Shown one piece after another: positions 50,505-59,861 of a DNA stretch of 64,000 nucleotides. The translations under genes and the position numbers were made by a program. The stretch covers positions 908,769 to 972,768 of the forward strand of contig OZ244779.1 of assembly GCA_965219575.1 (NCBI GenBank), read 5' to 3'. The notes beneath the pieces were generated by a model. That model was not told the DNA's origin. It did not search any database and saw only the letters and a list, made by a program, of their open reading frames with translations. How positions within the stretch are numbered: position 1 is the first letter of the stretch; each line of letters starts with the position of its first letter. This stretch comes from Candidatus Oxydemutatoraceae bacterium. GTDB taxonomy: Bacteria; Pseudomonadota; Gammaproteobacteria; Poriferisulfidales; Oxydemutatoraceae.

Positions 50505-51506
50505 TTACCGGGGATTGATATGTGTTTTGGAGGCTTCGCCGGGGTATTCTCTAACCAGCTTGGGTACTAAATAGCCGGGTAATTCGGCATTGAGTTGCTC
50601 GATTATCGCAAGTGCTTTCTCTTCGGGCACTCCGAAGTGAGAAGTGCCGCTGACCGCATCCAATAAATGCAGATAATAGGGTAAAATGCCGACCTCGAAA
50701 CAGCGCGTGCCGAGCCGTTTCAATATTGCCGATCGATCGTTGACACCGCGCAATAGTACCGCTTGGTTGAGCAGACACAAATGACGTAGCTTTGCCGTTG
50801 CCGCTTCCACCGCGTCGTCTATCTCGTTCGGATGATTGATGTGAAAAACAATCACATAGTGTTTAGGGCGTGATTTCAGCCATGCCGACAGTTCGTCGTC
50901 TATGCGCGCCGGTAGAACGATGGGCAGCCGTGTGTGGATGCGTATCCGATCGAGATGCGGGATGTTTTCTAAGCGTTCGCAAAGCGCAAACAACTTGTTA
51001 TTGCTATAACTAAGCGGGTCGCCGCCGCTCAATATCACTTCGTCTATTTCCGGTGCTTGCATCAGATAGTCGTATATCGCATCTAGATTGTTTGCCGAGA
51101 TATTCTCGCTATACGGAAAATTTTTACGGAAACAATAACGGCAATGGATTCCGCATGCTGCCGATACAATCAGCAGGGCGCGCCCGTGATATTTATGAAT
51201 CAATCCCGCCAATCGGCGAGCTTGCAGATCGCCGACCGGGTCGTCGGTTTCACCTTCCACCGCTATCTGTTCGCGTTCCAAAGCCAACACTTGGCGCAAC
51301 AAGGGGTCATCGGCTTGACCTTTATTGATGCGCGATAAATAGCTTTGCGGCACTTTTACCGGAAACTTGGATCCGTAGTCAACCCCCAGGCTTCTAGCTT
51401 GCGCCGGTGTGATTTCGAGTGCCGCGAGTAGCGCGGCGGTGTCGGTAATCGCATTGTTTAACTGTTGTTGCCAGTTGGACGACGGTTGATTGTGCGTATC
51501 GTTCAT
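50505..51506 (-). CDS. epmB: EF-P beta-lysylation protein EpmB (KamA-family radical SAM lysine 2,3-aminomutase)
   Basis: HKYHGRALL, CGIHCRYCFRK (CxxxCxxC), ILSGGDPL, PYYLHLLD; close to efp and epmA. Confidence 0.95.
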   Translation of the reverse strand: MNDTHNQPSSNWQQQLNNAITDTAALLAALEITPAQARSLGVDYGSKFPVKVPQSYLSRINKGQADDPLLRQVLALEREQIAVEGETDDPVGDLQARRLAGLIHKYHGRALLIVSAACGIHCRYCFRKNFPYSENISANNLDAIYDYLMQAPEIDEVILSGGDPLSYSNNKLFALCERLENIPHLDRIRIHTRLPIVLPARIDDELSAWLKSRPKHYVIVFHINHPNEIDDAVEAATAKLRHLCLLNQAVLLRGVNDRSAILKRLGTRCFEVGILPYYLHLLDAVSGTSHFGVPEEKALAIIEQLNAELPGYLVPKLVREYPGEASKTHINPR

Positions 51507-51598
51507 CTCGAGAAGGTTTTGTTTCGTCGGCGTTTAGTATATAATTTATTCGGTATATTTTTTAACAAAATTACCGGTTTATTTTAGACCATATAAAA

Positions 51599-51609
51599 GG
51601 GGGGGGGGG
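51599..51609 (+). repeat. G11 homopolymer at the ribosome-binding position of the CLCA-like gene
   Basis: ataaaa GGGGGGGGGGG ata ATG(51613). Confidence 0.85.
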
Positions 51610-51612
51610 ATA

Positions 51613-54585
51613 ATGAAAAAACACTATCAATTAGGCACTTATTTGCCTACCTGCGGACTCGTATTATTGAGATTCACCGCATTTATTTTCTTAGGCTTAT
51701 GCGTGCAGACTATTTCGGCACAATCAAAATGTCGGATAGACGGCGACGGAATTCTATTATGCGATTTATCGGTTTCGCTGATAGAAGAAATGCCTACCAC
51801 CGACCGCGAAGTAACTCTAGAAGTAGCGTGGGAACCGACACCGACCCAACGCGGCAACATTGAAAGGCAACTTCGGGATTTTAGCGAAACCTGGTGTAGG
51901 ACGACTTTGGGGAAATCAAGAATACGCAACATTTCGGTTTTAAGAGGATACAAAAAATCGTCCTCCGATGTTGCGCTCTATCATCGCGCCGGACGTTCTT
52001 ATGCGTATGTCGGAGCCTTTACCGGAATGAACCCGAGCATCGTTATGTATTACGATAGTTACTTCGGCAATGACGAAGTCGATCGCTATTTGGGTAGGGC
52101 ACTTGCGCACGAATTCTCTCATGCCGTGCTGAAAATTTATGACGAATATAGAGAATTCGGTAGAACCTCGTCCGATAATTGTATAGATCCTATTCAAAGC
52201 GACAACCCTCGCCAGACGATAATGAGCGATCATAGACGGCCTAATACGAGATACAGTCATCCCGACGATTATCTGGGCATCCCGACTCCTGCCACCGCGC
52301 AACATCGGTGCTACGGCAAGTCGGCATGGGAAGTTCTGCTTCAACCCGAGCGATGCGATAGCAATTTATCCCTTGAAGTAAACGCTTGGTTTCCTAGGCA
52401 AGATTATTTCGCCGAAATCGCGACTTGTGAGCCTTCTGTTCCCTCTATAAATACACTAAGCCATCCCGATGTAGAACCTGCCGTAAGCGAGTGTGTGGCT
52501 ATGACACGAGCCGAATCGAATATAAGATTTCTTTCGGGTTCCGAGAATATAGTGATAGTGATTGACTCCGCAATCGACGATACGAATAAACAAACGATAG
52601 CGGGGATAGTGGATGACACAATTCGTCTCCTTGCTCGACGTGTAGATATAGAAGACATACTGAATCAAAATTTAGTTAGCGATCAAGACGCAGTTGAAAA
52701 AAGATTGGCACTGCTGGATTTTAACGCCGGCGGGACACCGAGCTTTATGGAAGTTAGAGCAAATAACCGAGTGCTGAGACGGCAGCTCGCGAGTATACTG
52801 GCGAATAACCCTCGAACTCGAGGCAGCATAGACCAAAGTTTGAGTTCGGTAAGGGCAACCATTGAGGGTCAAAGTTCCTATATGAACGACTATAATGTTG
52901 TCATAGTGATTTCCGATACGCCTACATCGGCTTCGGCTTCCGCACTCACCTTTTTCAGAGATGAAAATATTCCTATACATACGATAGGAATAAGTGAGGA
53001 CTTCAACCTCGGCTTGTACGAACTGGCAATCTCGACCGGTGGGGATTACTATACGATAACGCCGAAACAGCCGGCTGCAGCCGCTAGACAGGCAGTCGCA
53101 AGAAGTGCCGCCGCCGGCGATGCCGGTAGCGTAAGCTCTGTCAACAAAACGATTACGCTTAACGGCAACTCCGCCCGAGAACTTGTATCCGTGCCCGACG
53201 GTTCTTCGGTTGCAGTTTTTGTTGTGGCCGGAGACAATGGGAGTATTTTGAACAGTGTTACTGCGATACCGTCGGAAGGTCGTTCCGTGAATGCCGAAAT
53301 AATTGAGTCGGCGATCGGTGGTATTTCCGTATCCAATCCTGTATCGGGTCCCTGGGAAGTTATGATTACCGGTACCGGCACCTTTAATTTTTCGTTTCTT
53401 ACTCATCCGCCTCTTTCTTTGGATATTAATTCGGGCAACCAGGTTGCTCCTCGGACGATTTTAACTCCGGCACCGATGTGCTCCGATCTCGTGCCCGATA
53501 ATTTAAGGTTTATAGCGTGTCCCAATCCGAACACATCGTGTTCCGACAGCGTACCCGATGAGCTTAAACCTATACTGTGTCCCGATCCGCTGCCGCAGAC
53601 ATCGGACTCGGCTCCGATGTGTCCCAACGGTTCTATACCCAATCCGGAATCACCCTCACAGTGTCTTTCTCTTAATATACCTCAACTTAGTTTGAGCGTG
53701 TATCCCGCTCCGGTAATGGTTAGATCACGTGTTCACGGTCGTCTGCCGGTGCTCAGCGCAAATGTAGAGGCGGAAATTACGGCACCGAACAACAGTTCTA
53801 TGACTATTACGCTTTTGGATGACGGCAAGGCACCCGATTTCAGATCCGGAGACGGTATCTATACGGGTGTTCTAAAGGATTATTCTAGATACGGTAGTGG
53901 TATCTATACGATGAAAGTGACCGCAAGCAATCCCGACGGTGAGGCGATATTCGACGATACCGGCGTTGCCACATTCGGCGGTGCCGCACTGGAGCCTCCG
54001 AGTTCGGCACCGCCGTTTGAGGTCGTCGGGTATCATCTGATGCAAATAATCGTACCTGCGCCCAATCCCTCCGGCGAAAACCCGGCACGCGGTATCACCA
54101 CCGACGGCACCTTACATTGGGGAGTTATAGAAAATCCCGGCGATATCAACTTGCATCATTTTGTAGTAGACCGTACCGGTACGCACTATATACAGACTAG
54201 TAATCTATTGGGTTATGACGAGGATATCACAATGGCAACCCATGTTCGGTTATATAGATGGGCTTCAAACCCGAGCGACCGCCGGTATTTGGCGGAAAAT
54301 GTAGCATATAGAGAAACGAATGTTTCTCACATCGAATATATGTTGGAGGAGGGTGAGACCTATTCGGTGGAGGTGGGCCACGCAAATGATAGCGGTAGAG
54401 GTGTCTACGGTCTTACGGTGAGTGCCGGCAACGATCTTTTATCCGCCCACGAACTTAGTAGTGCGACGAACAGCGGTGGTGGAAGTGGTGGCGGTGGCAT
54501 TGCCGGTGCCTTGTTTTTGATACTTCTAATAATCGCTTTTGTCGTGCCGTATAACCGGAGAAAGGATCGTCAGAATGCTTGTTAG
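51613..54585 (+). CDS. Surface-anchored CLCA-like zinc metalloprotease: signal peptide, HExxH domain, vWA-like domain, choice-of-anchor-X-like DDG..D...DG.Y motif, PPC-like domain, GlyGly-CTERM-like anchor
   Basis: HEFSHAVLKIYDEY; QHRCYGKSAWEVL; IVIVIDS...IPIHTIG...LAISTGG; PVLSANVEAEI...LLDDGKAPDFRSGDGIYTG; C-terminus SGGGSGGGGIAGALFLILLIIAFVVPYNRRK. Confidence 0.8.
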   Translation: MKKHYQLGTYLPTCGLVLLRFTAFIFLGLCVQTISAQSKCRIDGDGILLCDLSVSLIEEMPTTDREVTLEVAWEPTPTQRGNIERQLRDFSETWCRTTLGKSRIRNISVLRGYKKSSSDVALYHRAGRSYAYVGAFTGMNPSIVMYYDSYFGNDEVDRYLGRALAHEFSHAVLKIYDEYREFGRTSSDNCIDPIQSDNPRQTIMSDHRRPNTRYSHPDDYLGIPTPATAQHRCYGKSAWEVLLQPERCDSNLSLEVNAWFPRQDYFAEIATCEPSVPSINTLSHPDVEPAVSECVAMTRAESNIRFLSGSENIVIVIDSAIDDTNKQTIAGIVDDTIRLLARRVDIEDILNQNLVSDQDAVEKRLALLDFNAGGTPSFMEVRANNRVLRRQLASILANNPRTRGSIDQSLSSVRATIEGQSSYMNDYNVVIVISDTPTSASASALTFFRDENIPIHTIGISEDFNLGLYELAISTGGDYYTITPKQPAAAARQAVARSAAAGDAGSVSSVNKTITLNGNSARELVSVPDGSSVAVFVVAGDNGSILNSVTAIPSEGRSVNAEIIESAIGGISVSNPVSGPWEVMITGTGTFNFSFLTHPPLSLDINSGNQVAPRTILTPAPMCSDLVPDNLRFIACPNPNTSCSDSVPDELKPILCPDPLPQTSDSAPMCPNGSIPNPESPSQCLSLNIPQLSLSVYPAPVMVRSRVHGRLPVLSANVEAEITAPNNSSMTITLLDDGKAPDFRSGDGIYTGVLKDYSRYGSGIYTMKVTASNPDGEAIFDDTGVATFGGAALEPPSSAPPFEVVGYHLMQIIVPAPNPSGENPARGITTDGTLHWGVIENPGDINLHHFVVDRTGTHYIQTSNLLGYDEDITMATHVRLYRWASNPSDRRYLAENVAYRETNVSHIEYMLEEGETYSVEVGHANDSGRGVYGLTVSAGNDLLSAHELSSATNSGGGSGGGGIAGALFLILLIIAFVVPYNRRKDRQNAC

Positions 54586-55375
54586 GCGTTTTGGTTGCCT
54601 TTTATTCACCGTTTGGGTTTCGGCAAGTAGCCTAGTCTATGCCGACTTTGTTATTTCTATGCAGGAGATACCCGAGTGGGCACCGGGACGTGCTTTGGAA
54701 ATTCGCCATATCACCATTGACGGCAAGGGGACGGGGGAAGTGGTGGTGGTGAACGAAGACATGGAGCAATCCGAGGTGTTGCAGGTGGCACTATTTGAAT
54801 ACGATAGCGATAATTTTGCACATTGGGCGCACGAATATAAGCGATACAAAGATTTTTACGGAGACGACGAGAACAGCGGCGGTCGCCTCATAGAAGGTAA
54901 CCCCGAAACCGTAGCACTTTCTTTTTTTGACGACGGACGGTTGATGAAATCGATAGTATTAAGGGATGCGTTTGCATATAGCGATAACTCCGACGAGCGA
55001 TTTCACCTGCCCGAGGCTCTAATCGCACTGAGAGATGGATTGCTGGCTCACGCCGAGCGAGCAAAATCTCAACCTGCGGCAAGTTATTATGCGACCGTTA
55101 TTCCCTACAGCGAGAATCAAAAATACTGGTTATTAAGGTCTACGAAATTGGAGTCTATACCGATACTTATAGATAAGGTCGATGAGAGAGATAAAATGTT
55201 TTTGAATGAGCTTGTCGGAAGCGCACCCGCTTTTTTGCCTTTAGCAGAGAAACGCTTCTTAAGGCTTAAGAGTGATCTCAGATTTTCCGATAATCGGTTT
55301 AGGGGAGTTTTCAGAATATCGGGAGGATCCGATGCGATCGTTGAGATTAGATTTGTAAAATCCGAGGCACCGTAA
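54575..55375 (+). CDS. Hypothetical exported protein, translationally coupled to the CLCA-like gene
   Basis: The ATG at 54575 (preceded by AAAGGA) lies inside the 3' end of the upstream gene. The N-terminus MLVRRFGCLLFTVWVSASSLVYA looks like a signal peptide. Confidence 0.75.
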   Translation: MLVRRFGCLLFTVWVSASSLVYADFVISMQEIPEWAPGRALEIRHITIDGKGTGEVVVVNEDMEQSEVLQVALFEYDSDNFAHWAHEYKRYKDFYGDDENSGGRLIEGNPETVALSFFDDGRLMKSIVLRDAFAYSDNSDERFHLPEALIALRDGLLAHAERAKSQPAASYYATVIPYSENQKYWLLRSTKLESIPILIDKVDERDKMFLNELVGSAPAFLPLAEKRFLRLKSDLRFSDNRFRGVFRISGGSDAIVEIRFVKSEAP

Positions 55376-55497
55376 AACCGGCTGTGCATCCCGATATTTC
55401 CCTCAATCGGCGTAACCGTCGTACAGAACCACGATGTGAACTGCAAACTCAATCGGCGGTTTTATCGGTATAATAGCAACTTTATAATTAAGACAGC

Positions 55498-56067
55498 ATG
55501 GCAACTTACAGCACGAATGAATTCAAGAGTGGATTAAAAATTCTACTCAACGGAGAACCGCACACCATTGTAGAAAATGAATTTGTCAAACCCGGTAAAG
55601 GGCAGGCATTCAACCGTACCAAGCTCAAAAATTTGATTTCCGGCAAACTGATAGACAAAACTTTCAAATCGGGCGAGAGTGTGGAGGCAGCCGATGTAGT
55701 CGATCTAAAAATGAATTATTTATACAACGACGGGCAGCAGTGGCATTTCATGGATAACGATAGTTATGAACAATACGCCGCTCCGCACAGCACGGTTGAA
55801 TACGCAAAACAATGGATTAAAGAACAAGATCTATGCGAGGTAACCTTGTACAACAAACAGCCCATTTTGGTGGTGCCGCCCAATTTTGTCGAACTCAAAG
55901 TAATAGAAACCGAACCGGGCATTCGCGGCGACACGGTCAGCGGTGCGACCAAGCAGGCGACATTGGAAACTCGGGCGGTAATCAAAGTCCCTTTGTTCGT
56001 GGGCGAGGGCGATATTTTGAAAATAGATACCCGAAGCGGAGAATACATGGGTCGCATAAAAGACTGA
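55498..56067 (+). CDS. efp: Elongation factor P
   Basis: VKPGKGQAF loop with the modifiable Lys, YLYNDG, PGIRGDT, DTRSGEY. Confidence 0.98.
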   Translation: MATYSTNEFKSGLKILLNGEPHTIVENEFVKPGKGQAFNRTKLKNLISGKLIDKTFKSGESVEAADVVDLKMNYLYNDGQQWHFMDNDSYEQYAAPHSTVEYAKQWIKEQDLCEVTLYNKQPILVVPPNFVELKVIETEPGIRGDTVSGATKQATLETRAVIKVPLFVGEGDILKIDTRSGEYMGRIKD

Positions 56068-56131
56068 GACACAATGGGCAGACCTTTCTCGTAGCACCGA
56101 TCCTTTTGATCTTTTCTCAAGACCGAATCAG

Positions 56132-57046
56132 GTGACACCCGAACAACGACTGCGTCTACATAGCCGATTGTTGGCTACCACACATGCTTTTTTTCGGGCG
56201 CGTGATATACAAGAAGTTATTACGCCGTGTATTGTTTCGCAAGCGCATAGCGAATACGGCATAGAGAGTTTTAGTATAGATCCGATGCAACGCAATCTCA
56301 GAAACTCGCCCGAATATGAAATGAAACGATTATTGATGACGGCACGAACCGATATCTATCAAATTGCATCGGTATTCAGAAAAGGCGAATACGGAAAAAA
56401 GCACCGACCCGAGTTCGTAATGCTCGAATGGTATCGTCTAGGTTGGGATTATCGTCGCTTGATGGACGAATGTTTGGAATATCTACGGACTGTGATGGCG
56501 GACTCCGATATAAAGGTACGCACCCTTTGCTACCGACGACTTTTTGAGGATATTTTTGACCGCAACCCGTTTGATTGCAAAACCGAAGCCTTAACCACGC
56601 TGGTGTGCGATTTGGGTTATCAAAGTTCATCTCCGACCCGCGCCGAATGTCTTGATTTTTTATTTGAGGTTGCAAGCCACCGATATAGTGCTGCCGAGCA
56701 TCCGAACACATTGGTCGCTATTTACGACTTTCCGATTGAGCAAGCGTCTTTTGCTCGTATCTCGGCGCAGGGTGTTGCCGAACGCTTTGAGATATTCTTA
56801 AACGGTATAGAATTAGCTAACGGCTACGGTGAATTAACCCGAACCGAAGAGTATTATGAACGCATACATTTGCACAACCGAATACGACAGACACAGTTGT
56901 CAACGCCGCTTTCTATGGACGAGGATTTTATGCAAACCTTAAAACAATACGGATTAGCCGATTGTGCCGGTGTTTCCATAGGCATAGAGCGTTTATCGAT
57001 GTGCAAAGCGCGTACCGAGGACATCGCACAAGTTCGTTTGTTGTAA
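56132..57046 (+). CDS. epmA: EF-P lysine aminoacylase EpmA (GenX/PoxA)
   Basis: SPEYEMKRLL, FRKGEYGKKHRPEFVMLEWYR, ERFEIFLNGIELANGYGEL, CAGVSIGIERL; adjacent to efp. Confidence 0.93.
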   Translation: MTPEQRLRLHSRLLATTHAFFRARDIQEVITPCIVSQAHSEYGIESFSIDPMQRNLRNSPEYEMKRLLMTARTDIYQIASVFRKGEYGKKHRPEFVMLEWYRLGWDYRRLMDECLEYLRTVMADSDIKVRTLCYRRLFEDIFDRNPFDCKTEALTTLVCDLGYQSSSPTRAECLDFLFEVASHRYSAAEHPNTLVAIYDFPIEQASFARISAQGVAERFEIFLNGIELANGYGELTRTEEYYERIHLHNRIRQTQLSTPLSMDEDFMQTLKQYGLADCAGVSIGIERLSMCKARTEDIAQVRLL

Positions 57047-57057
57047 GATATGTAATT

Positions 57058-57951
57058 ATGAAAGCGTTTCCTACCATTGCCGATTTTATAGGGAAGACTC
57101 CCCTAGTCCGCCTGCAGCGTATGGCGGAAGGTAGCGGCAGTCAATTGCTGGTCAAGCTGGAGGGCAATAATCCGGCGGGTTCGGTTAAGGATCGTCCGGC
57201 GTTCAATATGATTGCCGAAGCTGCTAAGCGTTGCGAAATTAAAGCCGGCGACACTTTAATAGAAGCAACCAGCGGCAATACCGGCATTGCATTGGCGATG
57301 GCAGCTGCGATTCAAGGCTATCGCATGATCTTGATTATGCCCGAGAGCATGAGTATGGAAAGGCGCGCCAGCATGAAAGCATACGGTGCCGAGATTATTT
57401 TGGTTTCGGAAGCGGAGGGTATGGAAGGCGCACGCGATCTAGCCGACAAAATGGAAGCGGAGGGCAAAGGCAAAGTACTCAACCAATTTTCAAACCCCGA
57501 TAACGCTTTGGCGCATTATCGCACCACCGGACCCGAGATATGGGATGCCTGCGACGGTCAACTAACACATTTCGTCAGTTCCATGGGTACCACAGGCACT
57601 ATCATGGGTGTGTCGCGTTTTCTAAAATCTAAAAATCCACAAATAGAGATCATCGGTGTGGAACCCACCGAGGGTTCTAAAATTCCCGGCATACGGGCGT
57701 GGCCGCCTGCGTACCAACCTAAGATATTCGATGCGCAATATGTAGACCGCACGCTGACGGTATCGCGAGCGGATGCCGAAGAGGTTATGCGCCGCCTTGC
57801 GAAAGAGGAAGGCTTATTCAGTGGTATATCGTCGGGTGGTTGCACGCATGCGGCGTTGCGTGTTGCCAACGAACAACCCGGTAGAACCGTCGTCTCGATT
57901 ATCTGCGATAGAGGTGACCGCTACATCTCTACCGGGGTTTACCCGAGTTAA
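57058..57951 (+). CDS. cysM: Cysteine synthase B
   Basis: KLEGNNPAGSVKDR (PLP Lys), EATSGNTG, SSMGTTGT, IPGIRAWP, ICDRGDRY; ATG at 57058. Confidence 0.95.
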   Translation: MKAFPTIADFIGKTPLVRLQRMAEGSGSQLLVKLEGNNPAGSVKDRPAFNMIAEAAKRCEIKAGDTLIEATSGNTGIALAMAAAIQGYRMILIMPESMSMERRASMKAYGAEIILVSEAEGMEGARDLADKMEAEGKGKVLNQFSNPDNALAHYRTTGPEIWDACDGQLTHFVSSMGTTGTIMGVSRFLKSKNPQIEIIGVEPTEGSKIPGIRAWPPAYQPKIFDAQYVDRTLTVSRADAEEVMRRLAKEEGLFSGISSGGCTHAALRVANEQPGRTVVSIICDRGDRYISTGVYPS

Positions 57952-57968
57952 ACTACCCTAAACTACCT

Positions 57969-58727
57969 ATGGATACACTGATATTCGATATCGAAACCAT
58001 ACCCGATGCCGATGCCGGGCGTCGTTTGTACGACTTTAAGGAACTCTCCGACGAAGATGTGGTACGTGCGCTGGAACAACTACAATATCAGAAAAACGGT
58101 TCTACTTTTATGCCGCATTATCTGCATAAAATTCTGGTTATCTCGTTGATACATATATCCGGGCACGATATTAAGATATGTTCGCTCAAAGGAGAGGAAA
58201 AAGAAATAGTACGGCAATTTTTCAAAGGATTGGAAAAATACCAACCGGAATTGGTGAGTTGGAACGGCAGGCGTTTTGATTTGCCGGTATTGCATTATCG
58301 TAGTCTGCTACATCGGGTAGTCTCACCGAGCTATTGGGAAGTGGGAGATAACAATAACAGCTTTCGCTACAACAATTATTTCAACCGCTACCACTGGCGG
58401 CATTTAGACTTAATGGATGTGCTGGCAGGCTACGATAGCTATGCGGCGGCACCGCTCGATAAAATTGCCAAGCTCATCGGCACGCCCGGCAAATCCGGGA
58501 TCGACGGCAGTCAAGTTTGGGATTTTTATAAACAAGGCAAACTTGAAGAGATCATAAATTATTGCGAGGCGGATGTGGTTAACACCTACCTCGTTTATTT
58601 ACGTTTTCAGTTGATACGCGGCAAGATCACACACGACGACCACGACGACCGCTTAAAACGACTATACCGAGTGTTGGAGCAACCCGAATACAAGCACCTG
58701 CACCAATTCACTGCCAACCCTGAGTAG
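57969..58727 (+). CDS. 3'-5' exonuclease related to the PolB proofreading domain (DEDDy)
   Basis: FDIETIPD, SWNGRRFDLPVL, HLDLMD, YCEADV motifs; position after cysM is common in Proteobacteria. Confidence 0.9.
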   Translation: MDTLIFDIETIPDADAGRRLYDFKELSDEDVVRALEQLQYQKNGSTFMPHYLHKILVISLIHISGHDIKICSLKGEEKEIVRQFFKGLEKYQPELVSWNGRRFDLPVLHYRSLLHRVVSPSYWEVGDNNNSFRYNNYFNRYHWRHLDLMDVLAGYDSYAAAPLDKIAKLIGTPGKSGIDGSQVWDFYKQGKLEEIINYCEADVVNTYLVYLRFQLIRGKITHDDHDDRLKRLYRVLEQPEYKHLHQFTANPE

Positions 58728-58767
58728 AATGTTCGGTGACAGGGAATTAACTTGTACAGATACGCTG

Positions 58768-59058
58768 GGACTGTTGAAAAAGTATCCACGAACCGTAGGG
58801 GCGGACTAACATGTCCGCCCGTAACGTATCATGTTTGCACGATTAACGCGTTCACCCATTAGTATTATGGAAACCATTATTTGTTGGCGCAAGCGGTTGG
58901 TGTCGTGCAGAACGGTACTTAAGGGCAGACATCAGAGTTGCCGATTGACCTACCGGCTCAATCGGCGGCTTTATACTGCCCCTACGGCTTGGTGGTTATT
59001 ATAAATTGTTGGCGCAAGCGTTTACGGTTGCACGCTGACGGTATTTTTTCAACAGTCC
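58768..59058. mobile_element. 291-bp MITE-like element with 14-bp perfect terminal inverted repeats carrying a GTAG-REP and a second hairpin
   Basis: ggactgttgaaaaa ... tttttcaacagtcc; internal gtaggggcggactaacatgtccgccc (58795-58820) and gccgattga-N9-tcaatcggc (58940-58966); no transposase. Confidence 0.8.
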
Positions 59059-59064
59059 TACGCT

Positions 59065-59292
59065 GCGACCACCCCGTAAGGCTGAATAGAACCGCCGATT
59101 ATCGCCGAGTGAACCCGCCACTTGAGCCAGTAGGTCAAGTGGCGTAACTCCGTACAAAATCTAAATATCGTGTCCATTAGGGATATTACATATATCAAAA
59201 TCAATCGGCGTGATTTTGTTCAGAACCTCAACATGACTGCTAAACGCATGCGTTGCAAAATGCATAGGCCACCCCTCCAGAGGAGGGGAATT
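59065..59292. repeat. REP-like accaccccgt...gccacccctcc..ggaggggaa element split by an ~180-bp insert
   Basis: The intact form accaccccgtcaggctacgcctgccacccctccaaaggaggggaa is at ~36570-36614. Here its halves sit at ~59068 and ~59268. Confidence 0.6.
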
Positions 59293-59430
59293 AGCCTGAG
59301 CAGAATCTTAATATGTATTACAAAATGTAAGGCTTTTCTTTGGGGTTGGTTGTAAATATTTATAGTATCGCTAGCTTATTTTTATGACTACGGTTAAGAC
59401 TGTTTGTCTTTTTCATTTAATATGCTTCTA

Positions 59431-59655
59431 TCATAAAAACTTTATCATCATACCGACTGCCGATACGATAAAGGCAACGTTGATTGCTAGTAATAGACCT
59501 ACCATCCACTTTATCGCGCCCACATCTGCTTCCACCTTTGTTATACGACCCTCTAGCCATCTAAGATCACCGTGTCCCTTTACAGCTTCCCCTGCTTCCT
59601 TGTCGGTAGTGTCGGGGATCCGTTTCAATATGTTATACAAGGTTATGTCAGACAT
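59431..59655 (-). CDS. Small coiled-coil/C-terminal TM protein (DUF1640/CCDC90-like)
   Basis: AAGGAG RBS upstream; LEGRITKVEADVGAIKWMVGLLLAINVAFIVSAVGMMIKFL pattern. Confidence 0.6.
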   Translation of the reverse strand: MSDITLYNILKRIPDTTDKEAGEAVKGHGDLRWLEGRITKVEADVGAIKWMVGLLLAINVAFIVSAVGMMIKFL

Positions 59656-59861
59656 CTGTTATGCTCCTTTATTGATTCAAATAGTATTATTTCACAATAG
59701 CATAAAACTATCAGGATTATTATGCTTAATAAACGGTGTCGACCTCAATCATCTCTGTAGGCGGTTATCATGAATTAAATGGCGCATGGCGGATATTACA
59801 TTTTGTAATGCATGCGTTATCCGATACGGTAAATGGCGGTATTGATTCAACAGCCCCGTTT

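Noticed and set aside
55395-55465. Two ctcaatcggcg direct repeats as a mini-CRISPR
   Set aside because: Only two 11-bp copies, which match the dispersed hairpin repeat family.
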